Assembly (NCBI GenBank): GCA_001949185.1
Contig: BDGG01000012.1
Coordinates: 116,973-180,972 of the forward strand
Direction: 5' to 3'
DNA from: Ramazzottius varieornatus
Lineage: Eukaryota; Animalia; Tardigrada
Length of the DNA: 64,000 bases
Every line of letters starts with the position of its first letter. Position 1 is the first letter of the stretch. The notes beneath the pieces were generated by a model. That model did not search any database, was not told where the DNA came from, and worked only from the letters and a program-made list of their open reading frames with translations. Shown piece by piece: positions 46,801-61,897 of the stretch. Both the position numbers and the translations under genes were made by a program.

Positions 46801-47045
46801 CAGTCCGGTCGATCAAAATCTGGTACCTATTTCTAGGATTTTGTTTTGAAGTCTACTATACATTCGCCATGCAGTACGACAAGCCAAGGCCGAAATTATA
46901 TCACACATAAATTACACCGCAGCTTTACTGGTGTGATCAAGTAATCAACCGGCTGTGTCGGTATGGCTCGCAGTATCGTTAGTTTGCACGATTTCTTTAT
47001 TTTAAAATCGCAAAATCAGGTACCAGATTTCGAGCGACCGGACTG
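46801..47045. mobile_element. Tc1/mariner-type MITE family D
   Basis: TA-cagtccggtcgatcaaaatctggtacct...aggtaccagatttcgagcgaccggactg-TA. Confidence 0.8.
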
Positions 47046-47606
47046 TACCAGAGTCAGAGTCTGACGGAGCGCAAGTTGGATCAACAATCAATCGTTTGTG
47101 GGGTGTCTTCCCAAGAGAAGTCATAATAATGATCTTTGGAAATTAACGCATGACATCATGGAAAACCAGACGAGGTTCACGAAATGGGCTGATCGAATCT
47201 GGTACTACGACGTCATGCGTGAAATGCACGAATGATAGGAAGAATGAAGTTGGCACGTTCCTGCTGTCATCACCGATTCCATGTTTGATTTTTCGACACG
47301 CTTCGGCTCCCGATTCCACCTGCCTGGAACTTAAAACGCCAATTTCAGCGAAACTTTTTCGTCGCTCATATAGGTTCCATGATAAGCAGAACAGGACCAG
47401 TATAACTGTGCGCCTCAGAAGTTCCACCAACTTTCTCACAAAAGCCATCTTCCTTGTCGAGTTTCATCGATTTATGATCTGAACGACAACGTTTCGGAAC
47501 GTCGAAGAAAACGGAGGAAGTTATCACTACACGCATGTAGTACACGATCTTAGAACAGCATTATCGTACAGAGTGAGAATGGTTAGCAAATAAAACGAAT
47601 AAGCAT

Positions 47607-48331
47607 TTACGCAGAAGCTTTCTCGGTGGTTTCGACTTCTTCAGTGTATTTGCCTTTGAGGCCATCTTTCCTTTCTCGTCTTGCCCTGGCGCGACGTTCG
47701 ATCGATCTTTTTCGGTCGTTATCAAGCTTTGGTTTGACGATGACCACCTACAAACGAAGCAGCTCAATCAAAGAATGATCATAAAACGATCACGGCAGGC
47801 AACAGCAAAACTGGGTCGGCAAACGAACCCCACAAAATCGTTTCCCAAGTGGCGCACACTTTCAGCCAGCAACACGGAAAAAGTGCGCCAGTTGGAGAAC
47901 CAAACTCGACCAGACTGATTTTCCAAGTGACACACACTTCCAGCCAATATTTCCCGAAACGAGCGCCCTTTAGGAAAGCAATCTGGTCGAGTCTGTTTGC
48001 CGAGCTCTCAACTGTTACCTACATTGGAAGGATGAACACCAACGGGAACAGTGGCACCGTTTGCCTTCTCGCGGGTTATTCTTTCAATGTGTATTACAAA
48101 CTTCTTTCGGTAGACGGCGATGACTTTCCCAACTTGCTGTCCCTTGTAATGTCCACGGACGATCTGAACTTCGTCATCTTTGCGGATGGCCAGCGATCGT
48201 ACACCGTGTTTGCCTCGTTGATCCTTTGATAGAGGAGCGCTCATCAGCTTGCGGCGAACATGAGAAGGAGAATTGTAGTATCGCTTCCTGTTCTTGCGAC
48301 GCGAGCTGGTGACGAAAGGATTCAGCTTCAT
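47607..48331 (-). CDS. RPL26: 60S ribosomal protein L26 (uL24)
   Basis: [35 protein letters not shown]...VGVHPSN|[13 protein letters not shown]. Confidence 0.97.
47813..48009. mobile_element. Palindromic family A, dimer (RPL26 intron)
   Basis: tcggcaaacgaac...cccaagtggcgcac...gtgcgccagttgg...ggtcgagtctgtttgccgagctc. Confidence 0.8.
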
Positions 48332-48920
48332 GGTACCTACAACAGACAGACAGCTTGAGCCCAGAAACTCTTCCCCATCTTGATTCAGAATTCTCCCACC
48401 CGAGATCGGTGACAACAAAACAGCTGTATTGAAGCTAAGCCGGGGAAACATACGTCCACATCACACCTCTCGCCCATTCTTCCGGTGGGTTACTTCACAG
48501 ACAGTCTCTTACCTTAGGATCCTGTACGACAGCCCACAAGGATGCAACAGATTCTGCTAGGAAGTGTCGACGGAATCTTCTCGGATCAGGAGTTCGCGAA
48601 CGTCACGAAAATTTTGAAAAGTCGGCATGTGGAAATCGCCGACAGGCCCTTGTCACCCGAACACCCTCGGGGTAACTTTTTGAGTACCGTTTAAGTCTAA
48701 TAAAAGGTCACAAAAAGGGCACCGGAACACAAGTTGGGCGGGCACGGCCTTCTAGAGTTCTACAACTTGCAAATGCAGGCTGCTGGCTGCAGCTCAAGTA
48801 CTGTCAAGTGCCCACCTGAGCAGTGCGCCACTGCGTCTGCGCCTCCCATTGCTAGGGGTGGTGTCCTATGCAGCCAACGTTTATGGTCCATCACTCTATT
48901 GACACTGGAATCTCTGGATT

Positions 48921-49826
48921 ATGGCTGAGAGTAGGCTTCTCAAACTCGGTACCATATTTTCAAGGTAGGTTTCTCCCATGGTTGTTGCCAGCATTGTATG
49001 GAATGTACTGTATGAACATCCTGCTGAATATTGGTTCTGGTCCCACAGGGTAAATGGACTGATCCGCGGTGGCCGAATGAAATTCGAAGATAGACCTCTC
49101 TGGTACGATGTCTACGAAGCTTTTCCTCCGAAGCTTCCACCAGTTTTTGACAGAGCACCCGTCATGAAAGAGATAAATGATATTATGTATCCCGAAGACA
49201 TCATACGAGCGTAAGTTCACCTGTATCGGTTCTTTCCTCGGATATCTCGCTTAGGTTTGTCAACCGGAAATGGCACAACCGTGACGTCACAGGGTTCTCG
49301 CGAATGTAGCCTCTGTTCCTTGTTTTTACACTCGACTCTGGACGTCATATGCCTTTGGTTTCGGTCAGGACGGTTTCAGTGGACGTTGATTGTTTTCCAG
49401 AGAGTTCTTCAAACGATACACTTCTCCCGGAGTGATGAACCTCGTCTCGCCCGCCGGGCATACTCTTTCTCAACGGTTTGTCCTATATTTTTTCAGTGAT
49501 ATGTTGAGCTCTTCGAGTTTTTGGGCAGTGGGACTTTCTGCGAAATGTTCGCGTCTGTTGATATTCGGTTGACTTCCAGGTTCGTGGAAACCTACTTCGA
49601 AGTCGCCAAAGACGCCAACGTACCTCGAGACCAGCTTTTCGAAAGGACTGCTTCAAGGATGCAGGCACAAGGAACCGTGTTACAGTCCATTGCGCAGCTG
49701 AAAGAGAAGTCTGCAAGGATAGCAGAAGCTGCCAATGCGAGTGCCGGAGCCAGCTTATCCGGTAGAGGAATGGCAGGAGCTGACGAGCGGATACAGGATT
49801 TCGTACCACAAAGTCCGCTAAGATGA
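48921..49826 (+). CDS. MRPS23: Mitochondrial ribosomal protein S23 (mS23)
   Basis: MAESRLLKLGTIFSR|VNGLIRGG...RPLWYDVYEAFPP, IMYPEDIIRA, SQRFV. Confidence 0.9.
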
Positions 49827-50032
49827 CGGTTTGGTGTTCTTCGTGTTTCTTCGAGTTGACGTGACTGACATCATTTTTTTCTGCGGGTTTGAGTGAAATT
49901 TACTTCGAAAGAAAAAGCGACACAGTCGTATCCTCGATTGTAATCCTTTACTACAGTGGATGTTGTACGTGAGAAAGAACTACAAGACTGACAGCGTACG
50001 GTTCTACCGAATAAAACGGAAGATTTCGCTGT

Positions 50033-51118
50033 TTAGATAATTCCGATTTTATTAGCAACATCTAGCGCGTCGTAGTCTGGGAGAAGTCTGACGTATGCCT
50101 TCTTGAATCCATCGGGCCTGCAGGACAGATTACCGTCAATAATACCTTATATTCTAAGCGAAGGTATACTCCTGATAAGATGACAGGCTTGGAGTAAAGG
50201 AGAACTTACCGGACGAGGGTATTCACTTTCGCTACTTGGACATCATACATCGATTCGACGGCCTGTTTGACTTGAGGCTTCGATGCTTTTAGGTGTACCA
50301 AAAAGACCAAGGTATTGTGTTCTTCTATCTTCTTCATGGCCGATTCAGTTGTGATGGGATGATCGATGATGGCGAACTTATCCATCCTGCAAGCACACAA
50401 CACATCAAAATCTGTTCAATCAAGGACGTAATCAACTCCAACGAAACATCGTCTGCGTTACTTCACTGAGTGCACTCTTAGTCCATCTTCAATTCTTCAT
50501 TGCACTTCACAACCAAAATTATGCGGAACATACATCGGTAGAAAACTTATCCACCTACCTGGGTCGCCTTGGAACACTGATCCTTGGGAACTTAGGCTTT
50601 CTGGTTTGTTTGAGAGTCTTGGGCATACGGAAGGTAATGTTCGTTCGGATCTTTCGTCGACGGGTGGTGATCGTTCCCTTCCTCACAGCCTGCTTGACTT
50701 TTAGAGCCTTGTCCTTAGCCTGAGCACTAGCAGACACTGTCTTTCCCTTTGCTCCACCAGCGGTGCGGGCAGTAGTCTTTCCCTTTCCGGCAGCTGGTCC
50801 AGTTTTTCCAGCAGTCTTGACTGCTCCGCCAGCTCCAGCAGCAACACCACCACCAGACTTGGCTACCTTGGGGCCAGTGGCTTGTGTCTTAGCCTTCTTC
50901 ACTCCTGCAACCTTCTTCTCACCAGAAGGAGTCTTTCCGTCTTCAGCTGGCTTGGCTAGAAGCAGTCAAGCAACGATTGTATCATCATGCTCATTCAAGA
51001 AACGCCAAGCAAATGAATCAATTCAGATTCCACAGCAAAAGGCGGAATTTTAGCCGACAACAGGATTCGACTTACCAGCACCGGTCTTTCTCCTCTTGGG
51101 GTAAGTTCGTTTGGCCAT
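50033..51118 (-). CDS. RPL23A: 60S ribosomal protein L23a (uL23) with K/A-rich N-terminal extension
   Basis: [24 protein letters not shown]|[27 protein letters not shown]. Confidence 0.95.
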
Positions 51119-51904
51119 TTTTCCGGTGATCTAACGGCAGGATTATCAAAAACGAAGAAAAGATGAGGAATGACTTCTTCCAACAATAATCCGTATCCGG
51201 TCCTTCGAAGAGAAAATCCACGAGTTCTCCAATGAAATCAAGAGGGAACCGATGGAACAAACTGTAAATTTTCTGTCGAACCAAACGAACTGGCTAGACT
51301 GTAACCGGGCGAAGCGGTGGAACAAACAGATTGCAGCATCGCCTCACTTGCGTCACATGGGTATTGAAGTACCGCACGGTCAGCACCGGAAGGGGAATAA
51401 GTTTCTGGACTGAGTAACAGGCTTACAGATTCTGTTACCGTAGTTCTGCAGGTTGAAGAGATTCTTTCTGTTTGCAGGTTCAGACTAGGGATCCAGCTGT
51501 CCCGGTCGCTCGTTCGGCTAGCAAATGGAAGCTGTTCTTATGGAATCGAGCCCCAGTGGACTGCGTCGCCACCGCGAAGTACCCCGCCTCACCCGGGAAC
51601 CACTGATCAAAGTCCGTGTTGCTGTAAAGAACCGCCGTCAGACTGCCTGATCCATGGTACGATTAAACTTCAAAGCGAACCGTTATCCAATATCTGGTCG
51701 TTTTGTTGTCATGTGCCTTTTCGGAGAAGAGAATACTAAAGCGTAGCTAAATTTGAATCAATTGTCTGAGATCCACGATTATCTCAATTCCGCTACGGAA
51801 ACTTCCGCGACCTCTCTGACATCCGGAGCTCCCGAGTTACCATGTTTTGTTGTAGAAGTATCGCTCCGGCACCTTACGAAGTGTTTTCGTCAGTCCCGAT
51901 ATCG

Positions 51905-53103
51905 ATGCTTCGGATTCCTTTTCTATGCACAGTTATCATAGCCTTCGTCCGAAGTCAACAGGTATTACTTATTTTTCTTATACATACTTTTAAGCGATCA
52001 ACACCCGAAGTTCCCAAATGCAGATTCCGCAACACCTGTTGAACGAACTAGCCAGCATAAGTGACATTAACCAAGTATTCCGTCGTTACGGAGCCCCCTT
52101 GAACGGACCAGAGCCGGAAGTGCAGCCTATGACTATCTGCGTGGGACCTGTTGATAAATGCAAGAAGACAAGCTCGTCTCGCATGGCTTCCGGCCCCTGG
52201 ATGTCCAATAGTGGTAGGACTGATCTATCCAAGATTCTGATAATTTAACTGGGAACCTTTCAGCATCTTCGGACAACTTGATTGTTTTGCACATTGCACA
52301 GAGTTGAAACCGCAAGTCTCGTACCTTCAAGCTGCTCCAACCACCCAAGAAAGCGGACCGCCGCTCGCTCTCAATGCTGGATGTTCTCCTACGGAAAGTA
52401 CGTGCAGTACACTAGTTGGACAGATTCCGTCCGTAAATTTATTACTGGTTTCAAGATCCGAAAGTTAGTCTTTTCCACCTGCAGCCGTCATCGAAATGCC
52501 CAAAACGGATTCGTCCGTTGTCGTGTATCCTCCGGGAACCAAAGTCAAGAGATGTTCCGGAGTCTGCGGCCATTCCAACCTTCTGTGTAAGCCGACGAAA
52601 ACAACGAAGCTGATACGGAAGGTGCGATTTGACTGAAGAGCCTTTCTCCAAGATCCAAGGCATGTGGAGGATTAATGATATAGATTTCCTTAGGGTTTGG
52701 TTTTAAAGTACGAGAACGGGAATCTCGTGCCGGTGGAGTACCAGAACTTCTCGCTGGAAGAGCACACTGCTTGCAGCTGTGATTGCCTGGAGAAGCCCGC
52801 TGATTGCCTTAGTCTCATCCAGACATACGACAGTAACAACTGCAAATGTACATGCAAGAACCAAAGCATGGCGAACTCGTGTGGACTTCACCAAATGTGG
52901 GACGCGAAGGAATGTCGCTGCAAATGTCCGAGCCATTGCGGTACTCGGTCTTGCCCGTTCGGAATGGTCTTCGACGACAGCTATTGCTCGTAAGGGATTT
53001 GTGTAATCCTCTTTCTTATATTGTAACATTCGCGATCTTTCTTTCTTGCAGGTGCATAGGGGCGATGGCTTCCCGAAGTGCTAAACCCCGGAAAACATTT
53101 TAG
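51905..53103 (+). CDS. PDGF/VEGF-related factor (PVF) with C-terminal cysteine-rich repeats
   Basis: Signal peptide MLRIPFLCTVIIAF; PSCSNHP...CWMFS...CRVSS; EEHTACSCDC; CxCxC repeats. Confidence 0.82.
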
Positions 53104-53794
53104 CCTCAACCGTTGCGTCAGGGGCCCTGGAGTTTCTGCACGAGTACTACTACTACCACAGTTGACAGTTCCCAATTACAACCTAAATGATGTTTTTAGT
53201 ATCTCATTTAGGAATATCTCACCTCGTCAGCAAGAAAAAATTGGATGCGTCCGTAACTTCTAAAGAGCGTTTGAAATTTGAATGGCTTCCTGTTGATGCC
53301 GTATTACGTATTTTATGCATGCAAATTTAACTTGCGATTGATAAAGTACCTTTCCATTTCAAGTCTTCGCTGTCTCCCTCGCTCTACAGTAAGAAATATT
53401 CCTAGAATCATAATCGAAACAAAATCGAGAATTTACAATAAAAACGAACAAAGTTCAACGCGGAAGCTGACAGATAGCAGTTTGAGTTTGACTTCGAGAA
53501 ACTCGAAAAAAGAATCCGGTGTTGAGGGCGTGACCAGTGGAGCTGGTACGTACGAGGCATAGGTCGCCCACAGCATAGGTTGATTAAGCGACTTGATAAG
53601 AGCGTTTTGCATCAGCTGATAAAAAGCTAACAAAGTCCATTCTGCTCGATCGCTCGTTTCCGCCGCAGAGGAAGACCGGAAATGGAGCTCTGTGCTCTGC
53701 AACACGCAGTCAGTTTAACATACTTCCACGAGGTGTTAGTTTTAGGTCGCTCGTGTTGGCAGGCGGATCTCCTGCAACTGCGGAGCCTCACACC

Positions 53795-55685
<1,891 letters not shown>

Positions 55686-55971
55686 CATTCGCAAGTACGT
55701 TGACGAGAAGTTGCTCTTCGGTTGATAGAATATGCTTCGTGACATAGAACTGATTCTACTTGAAGTTCCTAATGGTTCTGGTTTTATTCGTATTTTGGTG
55801 TGACCACTTTTCCGAGACTTTCCAAATTTTATCTCTTATAGAATCGTTTTATATGTTAATTTGGCTCTGCTTTCGATTTCTCGACAGACGAAACCATGAC
55901 AAGACTCTGAAGGGTCCGTTAAAGCATAAAAAAGTCCACCGCGATAACCATGAGATTGTTCCGGAGCGGAT

Positions 55972-56095
55972 GGGGGAGCACGACCAACAAACTCGACGAG
56001 ATCGTTTTTTCAAGTGGCATACGCTTCCTGCCAATATTACCGAAAACGTACGGCACTTGGGAACACGATCAGGTCCAGTTTGCTTGCCGGACTGC
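55972..56095. mobile_element. Palindromic family A (3' of ACAT2)
   Basis: caaactcgacgagatcgttttttcaagtggcatacg...cacttgggaacacgatc. Confidence 0.7.
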
Positions 56096-57906
56096 TATTT
56101 ATATCATCGAATTGTGTAAGCAGTTGGTAAAGTATTGGGAGTCGTGAGAAAAAAATTTAGATGGATGGAGGACAAAAGGGTGTTAAACAAGTATTAGGCG
56201 ATTTTCAAGTTGAACAGTCCGGTCTTTTGATCGACTGGGGCCTCAGATCCGTGGCAAGTGGCGGTTGACCACACGCGATCGATGAGAGGCTTGAGGCTGC
56301 AAATTCGAGAGTGATTCTCAAGATCGTAAAATGATCCTTGCTACTCTCGGTGGTAGATATGACAAATCGCATCGGAAATAATACCAACTGCAGCGTCGAA
56401 TCTTTTAATATCTGTGAAGTATTCGCTTCCGGCGCTGTTGAACAGATTGTGGTAAGGTCTACCCTATTTCCAAATTCCGCTTTGCGCTGACACGATTAAA
56501 ACCTTAATGTTGTTTCACATGACAGGAAATGTCTTCTGGTACAACAGAACGGTCTGACCAATGACCACAGATGGAATGTAGGGATGGTCTGTCAATATTG
56601 AATGTTGTCGGAAAGGAATAGACAGCTGTGAAGAGGCGGCTATGGGCAAAAGCTGTGCCGGAACAATTGCGCTGCTTCATAAGCTACTGTTTATCATAAC
56701 TTACAATGAGCACAAATGTCCGTGTTTATGGGAAGAAGCGTCTCGAGCATGACTGCTTCAGTGGTCAATGCAGAAGACAGCAGAAGTTTGATTTCTGCTT
56801 GATTGCTTCCTGCATCGGTTGTACAAGCAAGCTCGCAAGTCAGACACTAGGGCGTAAGTCGGGCACCCACAATAAGCCTGGTATTTGCTACTGGGCTTCG
56901 GGGCGGCCGACTTACTGCCATGTGTCCGACTTGACTGCCTTCTCGTACAGTACGCTTGAAAGTTTAGCTCGAAGTTCGGGGAGACCAAAGGTGTGGCAAA
57001 TTCATTCATTCTTGCGCCCACTCCTTCCTGATCTTCTTCTTCTGTTCACATCAGTCGTCTTCATCAGCTCGCTTGATCACAACGAGTAACTCAGTATCGC
57101 TTTTGGCGTAAAGTGATAATTTCGTCGCGGATATTTATTTGATAGCTTTTTCCTTTTCGGTAAAATTTGCCACTTTCGGTCCTTTGTAGGGTCTAACGCG
57201 ATTTTGTCGTGGGTTAATTGTTCTTTTGTGCGCGTGTCGTGTCATGACGGATCTTGCATGATACACGTCGCATTTGATTTTGCCCATATTGCGCTTGTCA
57301 GCTCGCGCCACTGATGACAGAAATCCTGCTGCGCAATTTACCGTGTCACTGGGTTCTTCAAGCTGTCAGTGAGGTACGTGCATACTTCTGACCACATCGG
57401 TCTCGTAAATCATGGTCTGACTAACCGAAGAACCAACAGAAATACTCGCGGCACCGTTTGCGCAATTTTCTACTTTTGTGAGGGTCAAACCAGAAAAAAC
57501 AGCGGCGCTCGGGAATGACTTGTTCTTGCTATTGCATGACGGTAAACCAATGGTCCCCGGTTCGACTGTTCGAGATCCGATGGAGCTGACTTTTCGCTGC
57601 TTCTTTCCGTTTCCATTTCTGGTCCCGTTTCCGTTGTCTCTATAGACTGAATGGTTTTTCTCCGAGTATCTATTTCTTTTGGACTGTCCGATAATTAAAA
57701 AACTCTCATCTTTTAGGTTTGTTCTTCACGTCGTTCCCACTGGGGCACGCCCCTCTTAACCTGGCATTGTTATTATCGGCTCAACGCGGCATATTCATCT
57801 CAGTTGGCGACACATACCAATCACGATAACTCATTGGTGTCAGAAACGAAGCAGATATTTATTCATAAGATTTATGCTTATAAGTTGGTATAGTCACAAA
57901 GAGTAA

Positions 57907-60900
57907 ATGCTGCCGTCCGCGGGAATATTACGACGAGGAACAGCCAGTCCGCTGCGACCACTCGAACCCCCACCCTATCCGGGCCGTAGCGTCATCGTTA
58001 ACTACGACCTCGACGATCCTCTCCATTGGAAGAACAAGATGGACAAACTGAAGGTAAGCCTGGTTTCGAAATGGATTCTGGAAAGAAAATTACGGAACCT
58101 AGGCCAACAACCTGGACGAAATCGTTTTCCAAGTGGCGCACGCTACCAGCCAGCGACGGTGAAAATGTGCGCCACTTGGGAAAACTTCAAGCATGTTTGT
58201 CGAGCTCAGTTTGGTGGTGGATTAAATCAGAATTTGAATGAGTTTGGAGATTGGTTTATGGGTTTATATTTAAAGGTGGCGCCCTCGCAGCGTCCGAAAG
58301 CACAACAACAAGGAAGGTTAGGACAACAACAGATTCGGCCAAAGAGTCCATCTGTCGCTGTTAGCGTGCATAATGAGGGAACCCCGCCGTCACCTGCGCC
58401 GCGGCCATCACCTGTTGCAGCCGGAGCCATCGTCACATTGTCCATGCTCAAGCAAAGGGAGCTAGATAAACGTCGTGGCAAATTAGCAACTTCCGTACTA
58501 CCTGCAACCATGAATGGCGAACAAGGTAATCAGCAGCAGACGGACACCGGTCGTTCAATGGACGATTATAACAGCGATACGGATGATAGCGAGGAGGAGC
58601 ACGTGGATAGTGCCGAAGAGTCCTTGGCACTTAAGCTGCGGAAACTGATCGGAAAGGTAAGCATAATTATTATACCTCCACAAGATTATCACCTGCCTTC
58701 CATCATCCATCGAGTTTTTTCGTCCATTTATTCGTTCAGCTGGGTGCAGTAAAAGAAAGCGAAAATTCTTCCTTTTGTTCTCTGACTCAGTACATTAATT
58801 TTGGCTGTTGGGCGTTCGGGAATGAACTCGATAAGATTGATTTTCCAAATGGCGCACTCAGCCAATAACATTAGCATTCAGCCAATAACAATAGCATTCA
58901 GCCAATAACGCTGCAAAAGTGCGCCACTTGGCAAGTTGATGCTACAAAAGTTTCTTGGAAAGATATCATTCCGATCCAATTGTTTACACCAATCTTCGTC
59001 CCAGATTGAGCTTCGGAGTTCGGACTTGCCGAGTTTTTTGTCAATGAATAAATTTGGATTAGAAAGCTGTCAAGTGGTACTTGATTTTGACCGGTTTTGC
59101 GGAAAATCGAACAGCCTAATAAAAACGGAGATCCGTTTATAATTGAGCATTTGTGATGATTAATTTCATCGATACTGATCTTGTTTCTCGATCGCATTCT
59201 ACGCTTCTTGATTGACAACCCGACCATTGTCCATTTGAAGGAAAAGCTAAATTTGGACGATATGAAAGAAGAAGACCAGACATCGGCGGAAGCTGTCTAC
59301 AATAAATCAGGCGAATTAGGCGATAACGCACATCAAACTTCATCAAGCACAGCACATCACGGAGAAGAAGTCTCGCTGAATCCATCTGGACCACCTCCGT
59401 CTGCCGAGAGGTCTGAACCATCACCTTCCGGCTCTCCTATGGCGCCGCCAAAGCCTCCTCGCACCATCGAACGGAAAGCCGGTAAACCCGTCGTAGATGA
59501 CAGCAGTAAATTCCACGTTTATGGCTTACCCTCGTTACCTCCACGACCTTCATCCGGACGCCGTAATGCCGACATCCCGTCGACGTCGGTCTCTTCATCC
59601 AGAGGAAGCAGAGCGCGACACTCCATTGCCTTTGCAGCTGCTTCGCCCGCTCAACCAAGTAAGCCACCTTCCTCCGTAATACATAGTACAAGTGAAGAAG
59701 CGGTTCATGGTTAGGCGTACGGTACACACTATGGTCTCACCTCAATAGAAACCCGGTATCTTTATCTGATTACTGATCGTTTCTTATTGGAAATTCTATT
59801 AAATTTGGGACGGATCGCAATCTACGGAGTGACATATCAAGGTTTTCTTGCTTATTTCAGCCGTATCACCCAGAAGCGGTCAAGCGCGTAATCTTATGCC
59901 CCGAAGTGGTCATTACACATCAGTTAACACACCGCCTGTCCCGCCAGATTCTCCTGAGAATTCCCATAGCAGCTGCGCCTCCAGCTCTCCGACTGATCAT
60001 GCCACAATCGAAAGGCATTTCTGGGAAAGTTCGCCCGTTGTGGAGAAAAGCCAACGGCGAAACGCGTGGCTTTTTCCACAGCGTCAGTATGGTCAACAAC
60101 ATTACGGAGGTGGACATGGACATGGTCAAGAGGCCATCAGCGATGGCGAGGGAGACTCAACTGGAGCTGAACAACGAACATGCTCTTCGGATGAGGGCTT
60201 TTGTGGGAATATCGATGACGAAAGAAATAGCGATGATTTCACCAGGAAACAGGTTCTGCTAATGTGCGACATGCAGATGCAATTGCTGAAATCACTGCAT
60301 AACAAGGAAAAAAGGCAGCGACAACCCGCTTTCCACATGAACGACTATTCCCAGCGGCGAAGTCGGAGTAGCAGGTAAACTAGTTCGTCACCCAGGAAAA
60401 GGCGTACTGCTCAAGCAAAACCTCCGCCTAACAAACTTGGGAGGCTGGCAGTCGAAATGTATTGATAGGAGCCCCTTATCTGAAGTGACGCACGTTCTGG
60501 GTGTTGTGAGCTAGAAGTGTGCGCCACTTGGGATAACGACCTCATCCAGTTTGTTACCCAAGTGGCGCACGTTGTCATTACTGGCTGGAAGCGTGCGTCT
60601 TTCGAGCTAACAAGTTTTGTGCGTTTCGTTTGATGACCTTCCATAATGTCGTCGTGATTGGTTCACCTCATTTTCATTCTGCAGTCATTCTGAGGCGGAA
60701 ATGCAAATGCGTTGCGAAATGCTCGAAGGCCACATTGCATCGCTCTCCCAGAACATTGCGCAACTGACGGAGGAATTACAATATCAGCAAGCGACTATGC
60801 GGTACCACCAGAAGGACCCGGCTCCTAGGGTAAGGTTTGTGGAGGATGTGGAAAGCGAAAGGGCGGTACCCTCTATTGATCCCTACTCGGACTTCTTTCC

Positions 60901-61382
60901 GAAGTCCCCAAGGATGAAGCCTTGCCGGGTACCGAGGTCGCCATCGGTACCTGAAGTTGACTTGCGCAGTAACTATGAACCGGAGCAGAAGATGTTTTCC
61001 AAACCCGAGCGCATCACCAAACTAACGAAGTAAGATGGAAAGTTGACGGAAGCATCGGAAGCATTTGAAACTGGCTCTTGTTCCTGGATGGGTCAGCTTT
61101 CTTTTTCAGGTTTTTCGGGACCGAGCCTCCGCTAGTACCACTGTTCTTGAAGAGGCTCGGCTACGAGGTAAGTTTGAATTCACTTCGCGTAAAGGATAGC
61201 AGCACTGAATAGCGGTGAGTTTTTATTTACAGAAATACGCACGGTTATTCGAGTTGGAAAAGATTGGGATGAACGAGTTGCCGTATATGACGGAGGACCG
61301 TCTGGCTCGCCTGGGTATCCCAATGGGTCCTCGCATTCGAATCATCCGCGAAGCTCAGAAAGCCATGAACGTCGAGCTCTAG
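57907..61382 (+). CDS. Low-complexity protein with C-terminal SAM domain
   Basis: Spliced C-terminus LFLKRLGYE|KYARLFELEKIGMNELPYMTEDRLARLGIPMGPRIRIIREAQ; upstream P/S-rich and coiled-coil exons. Confidence 0.75.
58092..58208. mobile_element. Palindromic family A (SAM gene intron)
   Basis: gttttccaagtggcgcac...gtgcgccacttgggaaaac. Confidence 0.8.
58810..58960. mobile_element. Palindromic family A with triplicated loop (SAM gene intron)
   Basis: ccaaatggcgcact, then three tcagccaataac units at 20-bp period, then agtgcgccacttgg. Confidence 0.78.
60483..60620. mobile_element. Palindromic family A, dimer (SAM gene intron)
   Basis: aagtgacgcac...gtgcgccacttggg...cccaagtggcgcacg...cgtgcgtc. Confidence 0.72.
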
Positions 61383-61897
61383 ATTTAATAATCGCGACAC
61401 TATAGCTGTTATTAGGCATGTTGTCTAGGTTCGTAGTCTATGTGCGGAGTGTAAAGGAAGCGGAACTAATTTTCCTCGAGGAGTTTTGATAGATGCATTG
61501 TCCAGCCTCTTCTCCAGCCTCCTTCAGATCTTTGTTGTACTAATCTGCTCTTGTTACTGTGACGTCGTGTAATCGTGAATTTACTTTGTTGCAGTCTTGC
61601 CAGTGAGAAGGCTCCGAAAAATTTTGCGTGCAGATTGCATTATACCTCGTTTTCGACAAAAGCTTGCTGTTTGGCACTGTCTCTGTTCTCCTGTACAGCA
61701 CCGATCGTCCCGATTTCCGGCGTATCCATCTTTAAGTAACAGCCTAGATTCACCGGACACACCTTTTGATACTGAGTTTGATATTACGGCGCAGAACGCG
61801 AAAATTTAATGAATCCGCCGAAAGTCCCTGATAAGCCGTCTGTACATCACCCAATTCAAGATGGAGCTTCCTCATTCGGTATGGCCAGTTTACATAT

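Noticed and set aside
47146-47220. SECIS element
   Set aside because: ATGA-to-AA spacing does not fit and there is no upstream selenoprotein on that strand.
50390-50558. Intronic snoRNA in RpL23A (a known host in vertebrates)
   Set aside because: Only a degenerate C-like ATGAAGA, with no well-placed CTGA D box or recognisable guide.
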